Assembly (NCBI RefSeq): GCF_004010195.1
Contig: NC_057718.1
Location: forward strand, 80,176,116 to 80,240,115
Direction: 5' to 3'
DNA length: 64,000 nt
From: Chiloscyllium plagiosum
Taxonomy: Eukaryota
Shown here: positions 62,701 through 64,000 of the stretch, piece by piece
How the letters are laid out: each line of letters opens with the position of its first letter
How positions within the stretch are numbered: position 1 is the stretch's first letter
The notes under the pieces: generated by a model
Told to the model about the DNA's origin: nothing
Seen by the model: the letters and a program-made list of their open reading frames with translations, nothing else
Database searches by the model: none
Position numbers and translations under genes: made by a program

Positions 62701-64000
62701 CTCGACACAAACATTTACTTCAAACCCACTGGCTTTCACAACTGCCTTGACAGCACCTCCTCCCACCCCTAAGCTCCCCAAATCATGGTAAAAGTGTAAT
62801 CCTTACATCTAAATCCTTCATCTCATCTGTATCTGCTCCCAGGAGCAGCAATTCCACTCGAGTACATTCCTTCTATTTCATGGACAGCAATCCCCCCTCC
62901 CACGTGGTCAACAATGCCCACTAGTGCATCTCTCCATTTCCAGCTCCTCCGCCTTTGAACCCCACTCCTCTAACCACAACAGGGATGAAGAACCACCCCC
63001 CCAATCTTCACTTTCCACCTATGAATCTCCAGATATAGTGCATCATCCTCCGCCATTTTCACCACCTACAGTCAGACTGCACAACCAAACACACATTTCC
63101 CACCTCTATCTGCGTGCCACAGAGACCATTCCCTCTGCGACTCCCTTGCTAGGTTCACGGACACAGTAGGTGGTATGTGTGGAAGTGCAGATAAATCTCT
63201 GTCGGATGTGGAAGGATCCTTTGGGGCCTTGGATGGAGGTAAGGAGGAAGGTCTGAGCACAGGTTTTGCACTTGTTGCAGAGGCAGGGGAATGTGCCAAG
63301 AGTGCAGAGTGGGTTGGAAGGGTCATGGACCTAACAAGGGAGTTGTGGAGGGAATGGTCTCTCCGAAATGCAGATGGGGTTGGAGAGGGAATTATATCCC
63401 TGGTGGTGGGGTCTGTTTGTAGGTGGCGGAAATGGCGGAGGATGATGTGATGTATCAGGAGTGGGATGGAAGGTGAGGACTGGGACGTTCTGTTCTTATC
63501 GCAATTGGACAGGTGGGGTTCAAGGGCGGAGGTGCAGGAAGTGGAGAAGATGCACTGGAGGGCATCATCGACCATGTGGGAGGGGAAAGTGCAGTTTTTG
63601 AAGGAGGCCATCTGGGATATTCTATGGTGGAATTTGTCCTCCTGGGACCAGATGCGGCAGAGGTGGATGAATTGGGAATACGGGATAGCAATTTTACAGG
63701 AGGCAGGATGGGCGGAGGTGTAGTCTAGGTAGCTGAGGGAGTCAGTGTGTTTGTAGTAGATGTCCATGTTGAGTCGGTCGCCAGAAGTGGAGATGGAGGT
63801 GTCCAGGAAGTGGAGGGAGGTGTCCGAGATGACCCAGGTGAACTTGAGGTCGGGGTGGAAGGTGTTTGTGAAGTTGATGAACTGTTCCACCTCCTCTTGG
63901 GAGCACAAGGTGGCACTGATGCAGTCATCAATGTAGTGGAACAAGAGGTGGGAAATGGTGCCAGTGTAGCTGCGGAAGATGGACTGTTCGACATACCCAA
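59740..64000. mobile_element. Cluster of Penelope-like RT/GIY-YIG fragments (minus 59740-62490, plus 62500-63160, minus 63160-end)
   Basis: MGPSFACL, FLHYIDDCIG, FINFTNTFHPDLKFT, LPFLD, IYYKHTD, IPYSQF; hammerhead-like motifs at ~59800-59830 and ~60715-60750. Confidence 0.9.

Overview
Eukaryotic, repeat-saturated, essentially gene-free DNA. The repeat families (HER1-type CR1 LINEs, HE1-type V-SINEs, a Deu-type SINE, many Penelope-like elements) point to a cartilaginous fish such as a shark; this is an inference. I found no intact host gene. The window is a nested stack of decayed CR1 LINEs, Penelope-like (GIY-YIG) retroelements carrying minimal hammerhead-ribozyme motifs, Gypsy LTR elements (one Gmr1-like, with SCAN-like gag and PR-IN-RT order), solo LTRs, Harbinger remnants, a Tigger-type MITE and a Rex/Babar LINE end, with two assembly gaps. 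The most striking observation is a two-LTR Gypsy element on the minus strand (~18470-21572). Its RT/RNaseH/integrase core is replaced by an intronless ~0.9 kb segment resembling the coiled-coil of CLIP1 (CLIP-170), joined in frame to the protease. Protein similarities were judged by eye from remembered sequences, and most boundaries are approximate.
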